A DNA stretch of 62,000 bases, from positions 82,001 through 144,000 of the forward strand of contig NW_008806276.1 in the NCBI RefSeq assembly GCF_000400465.1. Direction: 5' to 3'. This document shows positions 46,566 to 59,289 of the stretch, one piece after another. Each line of letters opens with the position of its first letter. Within the stretch, counting starts at the first letter, position 1. The translations under genes were made by a program, and so were the position numbers. The notes beneath the pieces are model-generated. The model made no database searches. It was given only the letters and a program-made list of their open reading frames with translations, and was not told where the DNA came from. The DNA is from Wallemia ichthyophaga EXF-994. Lineage: Eukaryota > Fungi > Basidiomycota.

Positions 46566-46639
46566 GTAAACCAGCTACTTCGATACCTCCAAAGCCTTTC
46601 TACGTCTCATTGATGTATTTTTTCATCCTCAAATTTTCT

Positions 46640-47133
46640 TCTAAACTAATCAAATCCCTTTTCTCGTCGTGGCTTTTCTGCATTTTGTTCGAATATTCTG
46701 AGCATTTGGCTGTGATTTAAATCTCCAATCCCACCTCAGATAATCCACAGGCGTTACAGCAGTTTAACTTGCCGTTCAGCCTCGATCTGTGCCAGTCTGT
46801 GAAGCGAGTCGCGTTTGAGACAGTCTCACCTGTACAAGTCTCACTCACAAGGCGTATATGAAATTTTACAGTTATAGCAAAATCTTTTAAATTTCTTCCT
46901 ATTTGCTGACTCGAGACACTCCTGGCGTATATACTTCTCATTCAAATTCTCCTCGAAAGGTCTCCTGGTTACCCCCCTCCCACTGAAATAGGCAATTACT
47001 GTCTGTTTGTGTAAGTGTGTATGTATGCTAGTTTCAGCATCGTCTGAAATTCTGTGTTTAAGATCGACCTGTCTTGCTCACCAGCCAGACAGAAGCGCGT
47101 TATGAGGTATGGAACAACAGGGTCTTTTCTCAT
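46640..47133 (-). CDS. Small GATA-type zinc-finger protein (ends uncertain)
   Basis: Removing intron 46797-46848 (GTGAGT..CACAG) gives CYNCKISYTPYWHRSRLNGKLNCCNACGL, a C-X2-C-X19-C-X2-C finger with the TPxW motif. Confidence 0.6.
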
Positions 47134-47466
47134 TGCTTGAAGCTGGTAATTTATAGTTGCAACTCATCTTACAAATATTCCTCCTTAAGTATGCAGCTTT
47201 GATTGATTTCTTGGAATGTGGTGAATTCATCCGTGGCCGCGGGGGTCTTTAATAAATGTGAAGAAGCCACGCTGCTAAATGAAACATACCTATGTGTAAA
47301 ACCGTAACTCCCTTCTCCAACATACATCCCACTTGGCTTTGTTCTGAGTAGGCAAAATTTCACGGTAATAAGAAGTCTCAGTGAGAAGAAAGATAGCGAG
47401 AGTGTAAGGAGGGGTTGTAATGAAAACACACGACAGTAAGATACAAATCTCAACTTTCGTAACCTT

Positions 47467-47504
47467 TTCGAGAAGCTTCCAAGACTTCAAGACTTCAAGC
47501 CTTC
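47467..47504. promoter_or_regulatory. Heat-shock element upstream of STI1, followed by TTCAAGAC repeats
   Basis: TTCgaGAAgcTTC (perfect three-unit nGAAn array) at 47467-47479, then TTC at 47486, 47494 and 47502. Confidence 0.7.
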
Positions 47505-47638
47505 AAAATGAGTTCTGCGTGAGACTTGTGTTTGAAATTCAATGAAACCTTGGCAAAAATATCCAGAAGATTCCAGTGTATCATATACATCGTGGTACAT
47601 CAATCCCACGACACACACCTCTACTACCAACTTCCATC

Positions 47639-49410
47639 ATGTCCGCAGACGAATTGAAAGCCCAAGGAAACGCAGCGTTTAGCGCAAAAGACTTCACGAA
47701 AGCTGTAGACCTCTTCACGCAAGCCATCGCTCAAGACGCCAACAATCACGTCCTCTACTCAAACAGGTCGGCTTCTTACGCAGGTCTTAAGCAATACCAG
47801 AAGGCGCTAGACGATGCCAGCACCACAATAAGCAAGAAGTCTGATTGGCCAAAAGGTTACGCTAGAAAGGGCGCTGCGCTGCATGGATTGCAGCAGTACA
47901 TGGAATCAGTTGAGGCTTATGAGCAGGGTTTGAAAGCAGCTCCGACAGATTCTGGCTTGCAGAAGGGTTTGGCTGACGTCAAGGCTGCTGCTCAATCCGA
48001 CGACGACGGTCCAGGCAGAATCGCTGAAATGTTTAAAGATCCTAACCTCATTGGAAAATTGGCACAAAACCCTAAAGTTGCCCCAATGCTCGCTGATCCT
48101 GCGTTCATTGCTAAACTCAAGGCTATCCAATCGGGTGGTCAACCTTCACCAGACATATTCCAAGATCCACGCATGATACAGGTTATGGGCGCTTTGATGG
48201 GTGTCGATTTACAAGCATTTGAACGTCCAGAGGGTAGTGATCAACTTCCTGAAAACCTCCAGAAGGCAGACCCACCTAAGCCAGCAGCAGCCCCAGCTCC
48301 TTCTCCCTCACCCGCACCAGAGGCAAAGATGCAAGAAGCAACTCAACCAGCTGAGTCTTCTACTTCTGACGAAAAGAAGGAGGCTCTCAAAGCCAAACAA
48401 CAAGGTAATGAGCTCTACAAAGCCCGCAAGTTCGATGAAGCCATTCAAGCATACGAGAAGGCTTGGGAACTCGACAACTCGGACATCTCATACCTCACTA
48501 ACCTTTCAGCTGTTTTCTTCGAGAAGGGAGATCTTGAAAAGTGCCTAGAAGTTTGTGAAAAGGCTGTGGAAGAGGGTAGATCGATGCGAGCTGACTACAA
48601 GCTCGTCGCGAAGGCTCTCGGTCGTATCGGTAGTGTGTACTACAAGAAGAAGGATCTTGACGCGGCTGTGAACTACTTTAATAAGTCGCTCACAGAACAT
48701 CGCTCAGCTGATGTGCTCAACAAGCTCAGAGCCACTGAGAAGGAGAAGAAGGATGCCGAAGTGGAGGCATACATCAACCCAGAATTATCAGAAAAGTCGC
48801 GCGACGAAGGGAACGTAGCTTTCAAGGTGAGTCTAGATCACAATAGTGCCATCACATCACTAACAATCTTACTCAGCGTGGAGATTTTGCAGAGTCCGTC
48901 AAACTCTACTCCGAGGCAATAAAGAGACTGCCAGACAACGCGCGTGCATACACAAACAGAGCAACTGCGTACAACAAATTAGCTGCCCTTCCTGAAGCCC
49001 TCAAGGATGCCAACAAAGCTATAGACATCGACCCATCGTTCGTCAGAGCGCATATTCGCAAAGCTATGGTGTTGTTCGGCATGAGAGACTACACGCAAGC
49101 AGCAGCAGCGCTCGACAAGGCCACTGCAAATGATAAGGAGGGATCAAACGGCAAAGAGATCAGAGATTGGTCAGCCAAGATAAACTCAGCACTGTATAGC
49201 CAGCGTAGTGAGGAGTCAGATGAACAGACACTCGAGCGAGCAATGAGGGATCCAGAAGTGGCTGCTATCATGGGTGACCCAGTTATGCAGTCTATTTTGC
49301 AACAGTCACAAACTGATCCAGCTGTGCTGCAACACCATATGAAGTCATCGTCTGCTATTCAAGAAAAGGTGATGAAGTTGATCAACGCTGGTATTATAAA
49401 GACACGTTAA
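47639..49410 (+). CDS. STI1: Hsp70/Hsp90-organising co-chaperone Sti1/Hop
   Basis: TPR1 (MSADELKAQGNAAFSAKDF), DP1, TPR2A, TPR2B, DP2 ending LINAGIIKTR. One intron. Confidence 0.96.
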
Positions 49411-49471
49411 AGTTTTACCTGTGTACTGTATGTGCATTGCTACAAATTGATTTTCTTATTTCGGCACTCCG

Positions 49472-50807
49472 ATGACTGAAAAAAGCGTGCTTATCGTTGG
49501 TGCTGGAGTGTTTGGGCTAAGCACAGCGTACGAGCTGTTGCAAGATGGATACAAAGTCACAATCGTTGAGCAGTCAGACCAAATTCCTTCTGAGAGCTCC
49601 AGTTCAACGGTATGTACGCCGAAGACCATCCCAGCCACGTTAAATACTCGCACAGGACATTTCCAAGATTGTCCGCGCAGACTACAGCTCAGCCGTCTAC
49701 TCAAAGCTCGCAGCAGAATCGATAGCGGATCTTGAGAAGAACTGGACAGAGGCTGGCTTCTTCCATCAGTGCGGGATGGTTGTTCTAGGGGAAAGTGACT
49801 ACGCTAAGGCGTCTTACAAGCATGTGAAATCTATGTATCCTGAGCAGGTGCGTTTGCTCGACCAATCTTCCATACAAGACGTCCTGCCGAAGAATGTTCC
49901 ACTGAATAGCCTCACGCGCACAGCATATCAAAACAAAGCAAGCGGATGGATCGAGTCTGGGAGAGCTACAGCCGAATTGGCCAGACGCTGTGAGGAAATG
50001 GGTGCGACACTCATCCCTAATTTCACCGTTGGCCGTGTTATTTGGAGTGGTGACAATGACAGAGTTGTAGGCGTAGAGAGTGCTTCCGGAGAGGTACTTG
50101 ATGCTGCTCTTACCATTATCGCGTCAGGCGCGTGGTCCACTCTGCTCGACGACCAGATCAACAAGATGCTCCTCGCGTCTGCGCAGTCTGTGGCCATGAT
50201 TAAGCTCACTGAAGAGCAACACGAGCGATACAAAGACTCCCCTATCGTCATCAACCTCAATACCGGGATTTATATGTTTCCCCCCACTTCCACGCGCTAT
50301 TTCAAGGTATCCAAGCATCACGCAGGGTACATCAGTAGAGAGCGCAATGCACCAGTCTCGATAGATACCAAACGCGAGCAACTAGGTGAAGACGAGCCTC
50401 CACTGTCCATCTCCAAAATACCTAGCGTGATGTACGACGAGCTCCGAAATGGTTTGAAAGAGGTTTATCCGGAGATAGCTAATGACTCGTCGCTGGAGTG
50501 GAAAACGAGGATGTGTTGGTACTGCGATGCTCAGAACGGCGATTATATTATAGATTACCACCCCCTTTCCAACAAGTCGCTCCTGTTCGCCACTGGCGGC
50601 AGCGGACATGCCTACAAAATGTACACTGTTCTCGGCAAACTCGTCAAGCAACGTATGGACGGTACACTGGATGCGGAGATGAGCGACATGTTTAGTATAC
50701 AGCGCGATACAGAGCAGGTGCCTGTCGTCGATAAAAGCAGATTGGACACAGTCAGGCGCGATTTTTCGGTCGCGTTCATGGCTGAAGGCCAGCAGCAGCC
50801 CAAATAG
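49472..50807 (+). CDS. FAD-dependent oxidoreductase, sarcosine oxidase/fructosyl-amine oxidase/pipecolate oxidase family
   Basis: GAGVFGLSTA Rossmann motif, DISKIVRADY, RMCWYCD..GDYIIDYHP, LFATGGSGHAYK. One intron. Confidence 0.9.
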
Positions 50808-50965
50808 GCATGAAAATTTTGTACTGCTATTTGGTACGACGAAATTTCGCTAAGTCTCAAGATATAAAATGAGAACCACTACCAGGTGGATATAGAATAA
50901 TTAGACTATAATTTGTTGAAAATAAGTGTATGCTTTCATGCTACACCACATTGCATCCTGACATC

Positions 50966-52020
50966 ATGCAAGATAAGACTGCAATCGTGTTTGTGCATGG
51001 GTGAGTGGGATGCTCCCTTCTAACAAGCACTCAATCACACCGAACAGCTTTAAAGGCGGCGTGGATACATTCGGAAGTCTACCGCAAGATATGGAGTGTT
51101 GGCTGGGCATGCAAACCGAGCTAGACAAATACACCTCAACAGTGTATCCTGCGTGGAAGACGTCTGGGAAGTTGGTGGGTTGATGGACGAGGTACTCAAA
51201 TACAATAACCCCAACACACTTGCAGGAAATCGCAGTAGACAATCTGCAAGCCTGGATGGCAGAGCAACAACTGCAAAACCAGTACACGGCCTTCGTACTA
51301 GTCGCGCATTCAATGGGTGGACTTCTCGCCTGCGACGTGTACCTCAAGTCCCTCCGAGAAGGAAACAGACTGAACATAAAGGCTGTTCTCAATCTCGACT
51401 GTCCCATGATTGGCTTACACCCACATGTATTCGCTAATACTACGAACGACTATTACAACAAGTTTAACAAAGTCAAAGATGTCGCAAGTGGCGCATCGGT
51501 GCTGATACCTTTTGTCGGTGCATTGTGGGGCGCGAATAAGTCTGATAAAAGCGGTGCCGAACAGAGAGATGAGCGAGAGAAAAAGGTTAAAGACAAGGAA
51601 CACAATGTACAACCTAACACAAACTACCTCAAACCGGCAGGCGCAGCTATAGCAGCTATATCTGCAGTAGGCGCAGGTGCTTACTTTGGGAGAGATAAGA
51701 TATTAGAGGCGTATCGAGCAGCAGCAGGTCTGACTACCGATCACTTGCTCTTTTTGTCAAACTTGTGGAACACGCGCAGCCTCAAAGAGCGCCTGGATAG
51801 CATGTCTAATGCACCTGTGGTATTCAAAAACTACTATACCCACCTTCCACATCTCAATGATAGGACTTTTTGTCTCATACCTGCTAAGCACAGCAGTTTC
51901 ATCAAGACTTCAAACTCCCTCGCCAACGATGAGATTAGCGCACATATTAACATGTTCAACGCTTCTTCTAACAGCAGCTACCATCAACTTCTCAAGCATC
52001 TTGTCGAGGATGCACTCTAA
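50966..52020 (+). CDS. Alpha/beta-hydrolase-fold protein (DUF676-like)
   Basis: IVFVHG|FKG, nucleophile elbow AHSMGG, LDCP. Two introns. Confidence 0.75.
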
Positions 52021-52038
52021 CAAATATTTTACAACAAT

Positions 52039-55000
52039 CTATGACGACTTGATGCTATCAGTGTATTCTTCCAACATTTTCAGATCGTGGTACCGCGCCA
52101 CTGAGTTTATAACTTGGAGACGCCTTTTGAATGCTTCGCGTGATGTTGTCAGCTTCCAAGCACCAGAACAGTGACAATGTGCAGCTAAATCGGAAGATCC
52201 TGAGACGCGTTAGAGTAGCCAAGATAACATTTCAGCACCCACTAATCGTGCCACACTTGGAGCATTTGAGATCTTGCACGGCGAACCCAGCAACCAGCTT
52301 GTCTACAACACCTAACAGTGACAGCTCCACCTCCATCTTGTCCTGTGAGCGACCGCAGGAAGCACATGGCCATTCTTCTTCAAGAAGCTCTACATCACGC
52401 ACGAGGTCGAGATCCTGAACAAATGTACATGCTTTGCACACCACACCTGTCACCTTAAAGCTTTCACAAGGCGGCTTGAATTGGGCATCCTCGGAGCTGG
52501 AGATGGGTGTTAGCGGGACTCACAAGAAGTACGAATACACCCACAATTCTCGTACTTTCAATATATCCAGCAGGTTGCGTTTCAGTACTGTCACCTCAAT
52601 AGCAACATCTCTAGACAACCCTAACACAGTGCACACACTCTTAACAAATTCCAACGTTGGGTTCTTCATATTACCCTGTGAGCCTGGAAGGAGAGGGAAG
52701 ATAAACATGTTGGCCTCTTCGTTGTCTTCCACACCGCTCGCCAACTCCGTCGCCGCTTCCGACTGTTTGCGAGACATCTCGGTGACTATCTTGAGTAGTC
52801 TCCTAGTGATCACACGCGTGATCAAATTCCTCTCAAAGTCTATTTCTTGCTTTTTGTAATCATCAACCGCAACCTCGCCTCCTTCGTTAGCGATCGCTCG
52901 CAGTGGTTTTCTGTATTGTAGACCCATCTTGCGTTTCTCAGAATACATGGCGTAGATATACTCAGCTATGACTATATCAAAGTAGTTTTGCAAAGCTGGT
53001 GGGAGATACTGTGGGACGTTCCACTTCATATCGACATGGAACTCCTCAGGCGGAGAGGATGAATTTGGAGCGTGATTGACGACACCACCGAAATTGGACA
53101 GATCCATCCACACCAGATAGTCCCAGAAGTTTACCGTCGTAAGTGTAATGTGCTTGAACAATTCAGCCGAGGTTGTAGCCGAGAGAATGTACTGTGCGTA
53201 CGCGGCAGCTGAGCCAGCAGTTGGTTTCGATGTGAGGATGAAAATTCGTCCAAAGTCCGCATAAACTATACCTGAACCAAGTCTCTTGATTTCCGCTAAA
53301 AGCTGCAAGAATACTTTCTTCATTAGTCCTCGCAGGAAGCGATGAATACCTGGATCGAAGAGTCGTGACACTGGTGAAGAGATCCACCTGAGCAAATGAT
53401 CAACCAATAAATGTCCAAATGCACTCTGTCCGTCAGCTGACTTTGCCTTATCTAGATACCAGCTTTTGACCATCGACTTGAGAATGGAGAAGACCTGCGA
53501 TGACACGACAGCCTCTCCCAACGTGACAGAAGCTTTGGCCTGCCCTTTTGTATACTCATCTATGGTGTGTGATGTACTGTCAAAGACAGTAGCTGCAGAT
53601 CCTGCACCTTCCATCTCATTTACAAGCGACGACTGAAGGATAGAGTTGACGGCAATATCTCGCAACTCAACTTCAAGTACGACGTTTGAAAATGTGCCAG
53701 GGTTTGAGAACTCTTCAGGCCCACCGCCTTCGTCTGCAAATTGTTGAGGAGGCACATCCTGTTCACGTCCACCGAGATCAGGCTTCGACGAATGAGACCA
53801 CCAAAGTAGGATATCACTTTTAATTAATCGCCTAGCAAACGATATGTCAGACAGCTGTATAGGGGCGTCCCTCTCTATGTTACCAACAGGGACGTCATAA
53901 TGCTTAGCCAGCCCGATCCTCTCGTGAATCCAAGCCGACATACGGAAGTACATACCAATCATCCTCTTAGATATCTTCGGCAGCCACATCAGACTCTCGT
54001 CGATACTCAAATCTTTGCGGGACGTGGGCACTGCAATGACAGGGTAATTGTTTAGTCCGTCACCAAATTGAGAGAAGTAGGATTGCGATTGGGGCGAGTT
54101 TAGGACAACAATTGTAGGACCTTGCCTCTGACCACCAAGGGTATTGAGATATCTGAACATGTTCTTGACAGCAGACTGTTCGCCACCGTGGAAAGTAACT
54201 TCAAAAGACATTTCAGAACTATACTCAAATGCCTCGTCGTTCTCCTCAGATTTACGGGATAGATAACTTTCATAACTCTGTCCATAGACCTTGTCCAAAT
54301 TTGGCAGCTGTGGACGCGTCCTACTGGATGAATCCACAATAAATATCTTGCATTCACCATCTGGAGAGAAGACACTATATATGTGGCGGCGATCTACGTA
54401 AGCGTGGAACATGTAGATGTACCGCAGCTGGTTGAAGTTTTGCAGATAGGTTTTAGAATTTTGAGCTGCATTGGAGAGCTCCACTAATTCGAAACCGCGG
54501 TCAAGACCCTTGCTTAGTCCACCAGTTGATGCTTTCGAAAGTGCGCACTTTGATCCCAGCCTGATCAACGCACGATCAATAAGTGGTACCTGAATTTTGC
54601 GTTAATGTGAACAGTCAGTGAGGTACTACATCCAACCCACCTGCATCTCGTAGACACTGTCAACATTTATGTTACTCGTCAGATTCTTGAAGTGAGACTC
54701 ATTGTCGACGTAGAGTCGCTCAGGGACAGTCAACTTGAAAAGATTGAGACATGGTTGGTCACGTGGCAAGCTTCTCACGACCCTCTCAGCCATATACTCT
54801 TCCGCAAATTCACCTTCACCAGGTGCATTTTTGAGGTTGAGATAGAACTCCCTCGGTATCCTCAAGCGGACTTGTTGGAAATTACCGCCAAGGCTTAACC
54901 ACAACCTGAATTCACCAGGTCTAACGGAGGGATAGATTTGCACTATATCCCAAGCACTCCCACTAAATCCAACAGAGCGGTCTTGGAACATACCAAGAGC

Positions 55001-58000
55001 AGTCTGACGCGAAACGCCTGCTTGATTCCTCGAAGCCTTCGATCCATGCTTCCTCTTATATGCCCTCTGCAACTTCCAACGCTTACGCATTACTCTAATG
55101 AATGCACTGTAATCCTCATCGGCATCTGGGACAGGGATGGACATGACTCTCTCATACTCTTCCTCCTCGAGCTGCTGACGGTTTTTCTTGCGCACTGCTG
55201 CCTGCTTCGGTTTGCCATTGACAGATGGACCGATGCCCAAGTCCTCCATGTCCTGGTTAACCTCTCTCTGCTTCTCGAACATATCAGTCAGCTTGTGCTG
55301 TCTGAATTTGTCATCCGAATTCGCTATTCTCTTGTAGAGCCAATCCGGGTGAGCGATGCGTGGGACTGGGTTGGGTATCTTCTGCAGGGCTGCTGGAATA
55401 GTGATAATTTTTTGAACAACTGAACCGAATCTCTCAATATAGTAATCCCAATCGAGAATGCTTCTAATATCAAAGTCAGTCAGACTGTTATCCTTCAGCC
55501 ATTTACGCAGATAGTGAGATTTGATAGACTGTTCAGCAGTGAAGATGGTAACCGGTACAGCTCTTTCAGTAACAGGAGCACCGAATGGTTTGGCAGAAAT
55601 AATGTATCGACAACTAAGACCCTTATCTTTGACCATCTGCTCACCCAAGAACTCTGCAAGTCTGCGAGCTGTTGATATGGAGGTGGATTTCTGACCCTCG
55701 TACTCGGCAAGTGTTTTACTCATTGATCGATTCTCGGAAATCAGTTCAACTAGCTCCTCATCAGATAAAGTGGAACCTTTACCGAAGAGAATATCCAGCC
55801 ATTGGTCCGCAACTTTGGCGACAGCATCGTAGCACTCCTTTGTCGTCGATCCTAACAAAAATTTACTGAAAATTTCGCTTTGGAAGAATTTGATGAGCTG
55901 CAGTTCACCCCTGCGCTTCACTTCGAATCCCTTTAATTCTGCTAAAGAACCGTCCTCTTCGAACACCGCGTATCGCTTCTTCAGCAGCTTATCTTCTTCT
56001 TTGGAGGCAGGTAAGATCATCGCACGATATGGTCCATCCAATTCGAAGAAAATACTATTCTCCGAATGCATTTCATACTCCCCTTTGTCCTTGTTGGTGA
56101 GAGTGTGGTATTGGTCGTTGGTGAATTTTCCGTGGACAAGGTGATTAAGCATAACACATGGGTAAGAGAAGCCCATGGTTTTGCCGCCCTTAAGAGTGAA
56201 TTTAAAGTTTTCAGGAAAGCAGCCTGGAAGCATACACCAAATACCGTCAGTATCTAATTCAAGCGGTCTGCCAATCTGTTCGACGAGCTGACGAGCCATC
56301 TGGATGATAGTCGCACCAGTCAAGCAAGTTATACCTGCCATCTCCATAGAATACCATCTCGCACCTTTACGCATGACATAACCGTAGAAAGAGTTAAGAA
56401 TGCACTTGTGGGCGAGTTGAAGGGAGTCGTAAAGAGTTATCATATTCTTAGCCTCAACTGAGGCAGACAAACTGCCCTCTTCATTTGCATTGTCTAATTT
56501 ACCTTTCCACTGCTTGTGAAAACCTTTGTACTCATACCGTCTATCGCGAAACGCCCTAACTGTGTCAATGTAGAACGGGTTTTCGCGCTGACAGATTATA
56601 GCTTCACGGTTGATGATTTTGGTATCGTGTGTTTTGCGATAAACCTTCCTCGAGTAATCCCCAAGACGCTTCTGTATTAGAGCGGACTGTTCAGTAGGCG
56701 AGAGCTCGACAAAGCGTCTCTTGGGCGCACCTATCTGACGACCAGGGAAAGACTCCGATTCGAGTGCGTGTCTAATCATATTGTACTCATCTCGCTTTGC
56801 AGGGAAAAATTCACCACGCCAAGCCCATGTCAAACGCCTATCACACTGCTTATCGGGGGTGTTGTAGTCACATGCTGCGCACATTCCCTCATCAACCACG
56901 GCATCTGGCTGTAGCCTGTTTGACAACATGATCTAAGAGAAGGTGTGTTAGCATGTGTGTAAGACATACTACTCACTCACATTCGGATACATGGCAGCAA
57001 CGTCAAGATGGTAGATCAACGGTGGATCTTGTCTGACGGGATTATCACGAAGATTCTCCAAAACCCCCTTGATCTCATTCTTGACTTGCTCGTAATTCTC
57101 CACATCCTCCAACCTCTTCTTCTCCTCGACGACAATGGAGAACTGGAGTGCGTTGTCGAGGTCATCAATGAGCTGAGGCGAGGAGAATGAGTGTCATCGC
57201 CACCGAATCAAACAAATCCTACTAACCTGCTGAATAGCCTTGGGGACAATCTTGAAATCAGTAGCTATGTCATTCCTGAACACACCAGCTTCCAACGCTT
57301 CGACGTGACCACCGACATAAGTCTCTGACGACAGCAGATGTCCTTCATACATACTGCCTTGTGGGTCGACGTGTCTGTTGGGCATTATGACGCCAGCACT
57401 GTAAGCCTCGACCATGAGCAGAGTTTCACAGAGCGTGCCAGAACCCTTGCGAAGGACATCGTCGGGGTTGAGAGGTATAATGTTGCAGAGGGAGAAGACG
57501 AAACTGAGAGAGCGTTAGTGTGAGGTGATGAAAGGAGAAAGTGAAACTGACGGATGGATATATTTCATGTAGAGGTAGTAAGTAGCTACGGCGTCAGACA
57601 CCGAATACTGAGCGAGCACTTGCGGCTGCTCAATGGCGTATCTAGAAAAAAGGGTGAGTGGTGTATTCAAAGTTGAGCCTGAGAAAACCTACGGTGTCAT
57701 GAGCTCTGGATCAAGTTCAATGGGGTTGTAGCCGAGTTTGGCAACAGTGACAGCTTTGAGACCGTGACTACCCTGGGGGAGATAGGAATCCCGCTTCACC
57801 CATCTGAAACAATCCATGTGTGAACAAGTTGCACTTTTATACTCATCCTCATTGTCCCTCTCGAAACCTGTCTCGGCGTAGAGACTCAAACCATTTGCAG
57901 TGGCGCGAGCATCGACGTAAGGAAAATCGAAGAAATCACCGTTGTAAGTAGCCATGACGGTGGGTTGAACCTGTCTGATGTGCTCGAAGAAGCGTTTCAA

Positions 58001-59063
58001 GACACCAGCCTCATCGGGCTCGTTGAAGATTGAGAAAGGGCCATCGTACTCGTCTTTGGGAGTGTAGTCGAAATCGTGGATGTCTTCAGAGACAATTTCG
58101 CGGTTGGTGATGAGGTATCCCTGGCCGTCTACCATATAAGAGATCATCATGATGGGATCGACGGCGCTGTCTGGGAACTTAAGAGGCGCCTTACACGTTT
58201 CAATATCATACGCCATGACGACTGGTTCAGCGCGCTTAACACGGTGTTCAACTTTTTCCAGTTTTATTTTGCCCTCGCTTGCTGAGACGGTGTACCACAT
58301 ACCAACTCGTATACCTAGCAGAGAGTGAGCTGGGGAGAGTGAAAAAGAGGGAATGCCCACCTAAATCAGTTGCAACGCGTAAGTAATATGGTACGTCATA
58401 CTCGCGTGCGTCTACGATTAACTGCGAGGGATCTTCTTTGCTTTTAGCGTCGTTTCCGGAGTTTTCAAGGGTGATATCTTGGTCAGCAGAAGCGACGACG
58501 TCAGCGTACGCATCGACGGCAGATCTCTTCTCGGCATTTGATTGAGCAAGCGGGAGAACTTCTCTGCGAATGGTGAGGAGGTCTTGAACGTTCCTGAATT
58601 TAAGCTGTAGATAAACTTTCGGGAGGCTGAGGAGGTGGTTGGGTGCCTTAAGATCGTCCTTGTAAATGCGTTCAATCTTATAGATAAGCGATTCAAACCG
58701 CCGTAAAAGCCATTCTTCGACAGCAGCTTCTGTGCCTGGCTTGCAAGATAAATAGAAATAAGGCTCGTAGGTTATCGTAGATTTAAACATTCCGCCATCG
58801 TCCTCGAGGAAGTAAAAGTCAACGGCTGCTTTTCCACCAATGTAGTCGTCATCTTCGATGAGCGTGGGGTGCATATTCACCAGCCACGCCTCCCGCGCTC
58901 CTCCCTCCTCAAATCTGGAGAATCCTAGCCTGGCGTCGAGATGGTCGCTTTCTTTGATTTTATCGAATTTAGCGGCAAGTAGCTGACGTTCGTCGACGAT
59001 CTTTGGTGCCGATGGTTCTTTGCGGCCTGTGCCTGCTTTTTTAAATTTCGTACGGCTGCTCAT
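52039..59063 (-). CDS. POL2: DNA polymerase epsilon catalytic subunit
   Basis: Exonuclease YDIET, FNGDFFD-type motif, [31 protein letters not shown]-terminal CysA/CysB. About eight GT-AG introns. Confidence 0.98.
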
Positions 59064-59289
59064 GGCTGTTGTTAGCCTGAGTCGCGTACTTGTATCTCAG
59101 AAAGACGCGCGCGAGGCTAATTTTACAGAGGCGGTGATATTGATTCTATTTAGTAATTGATGTGTGCTGTACATTTTAAAGTTTATATAAAACACACAGC
59201 CGAAGCCACACACATGCAAAATTCAGAAAAAGTGAAAATTCTCACCAAATGACCTCATACAATCATTCTGCCTTCTCTCGTCCATCACG

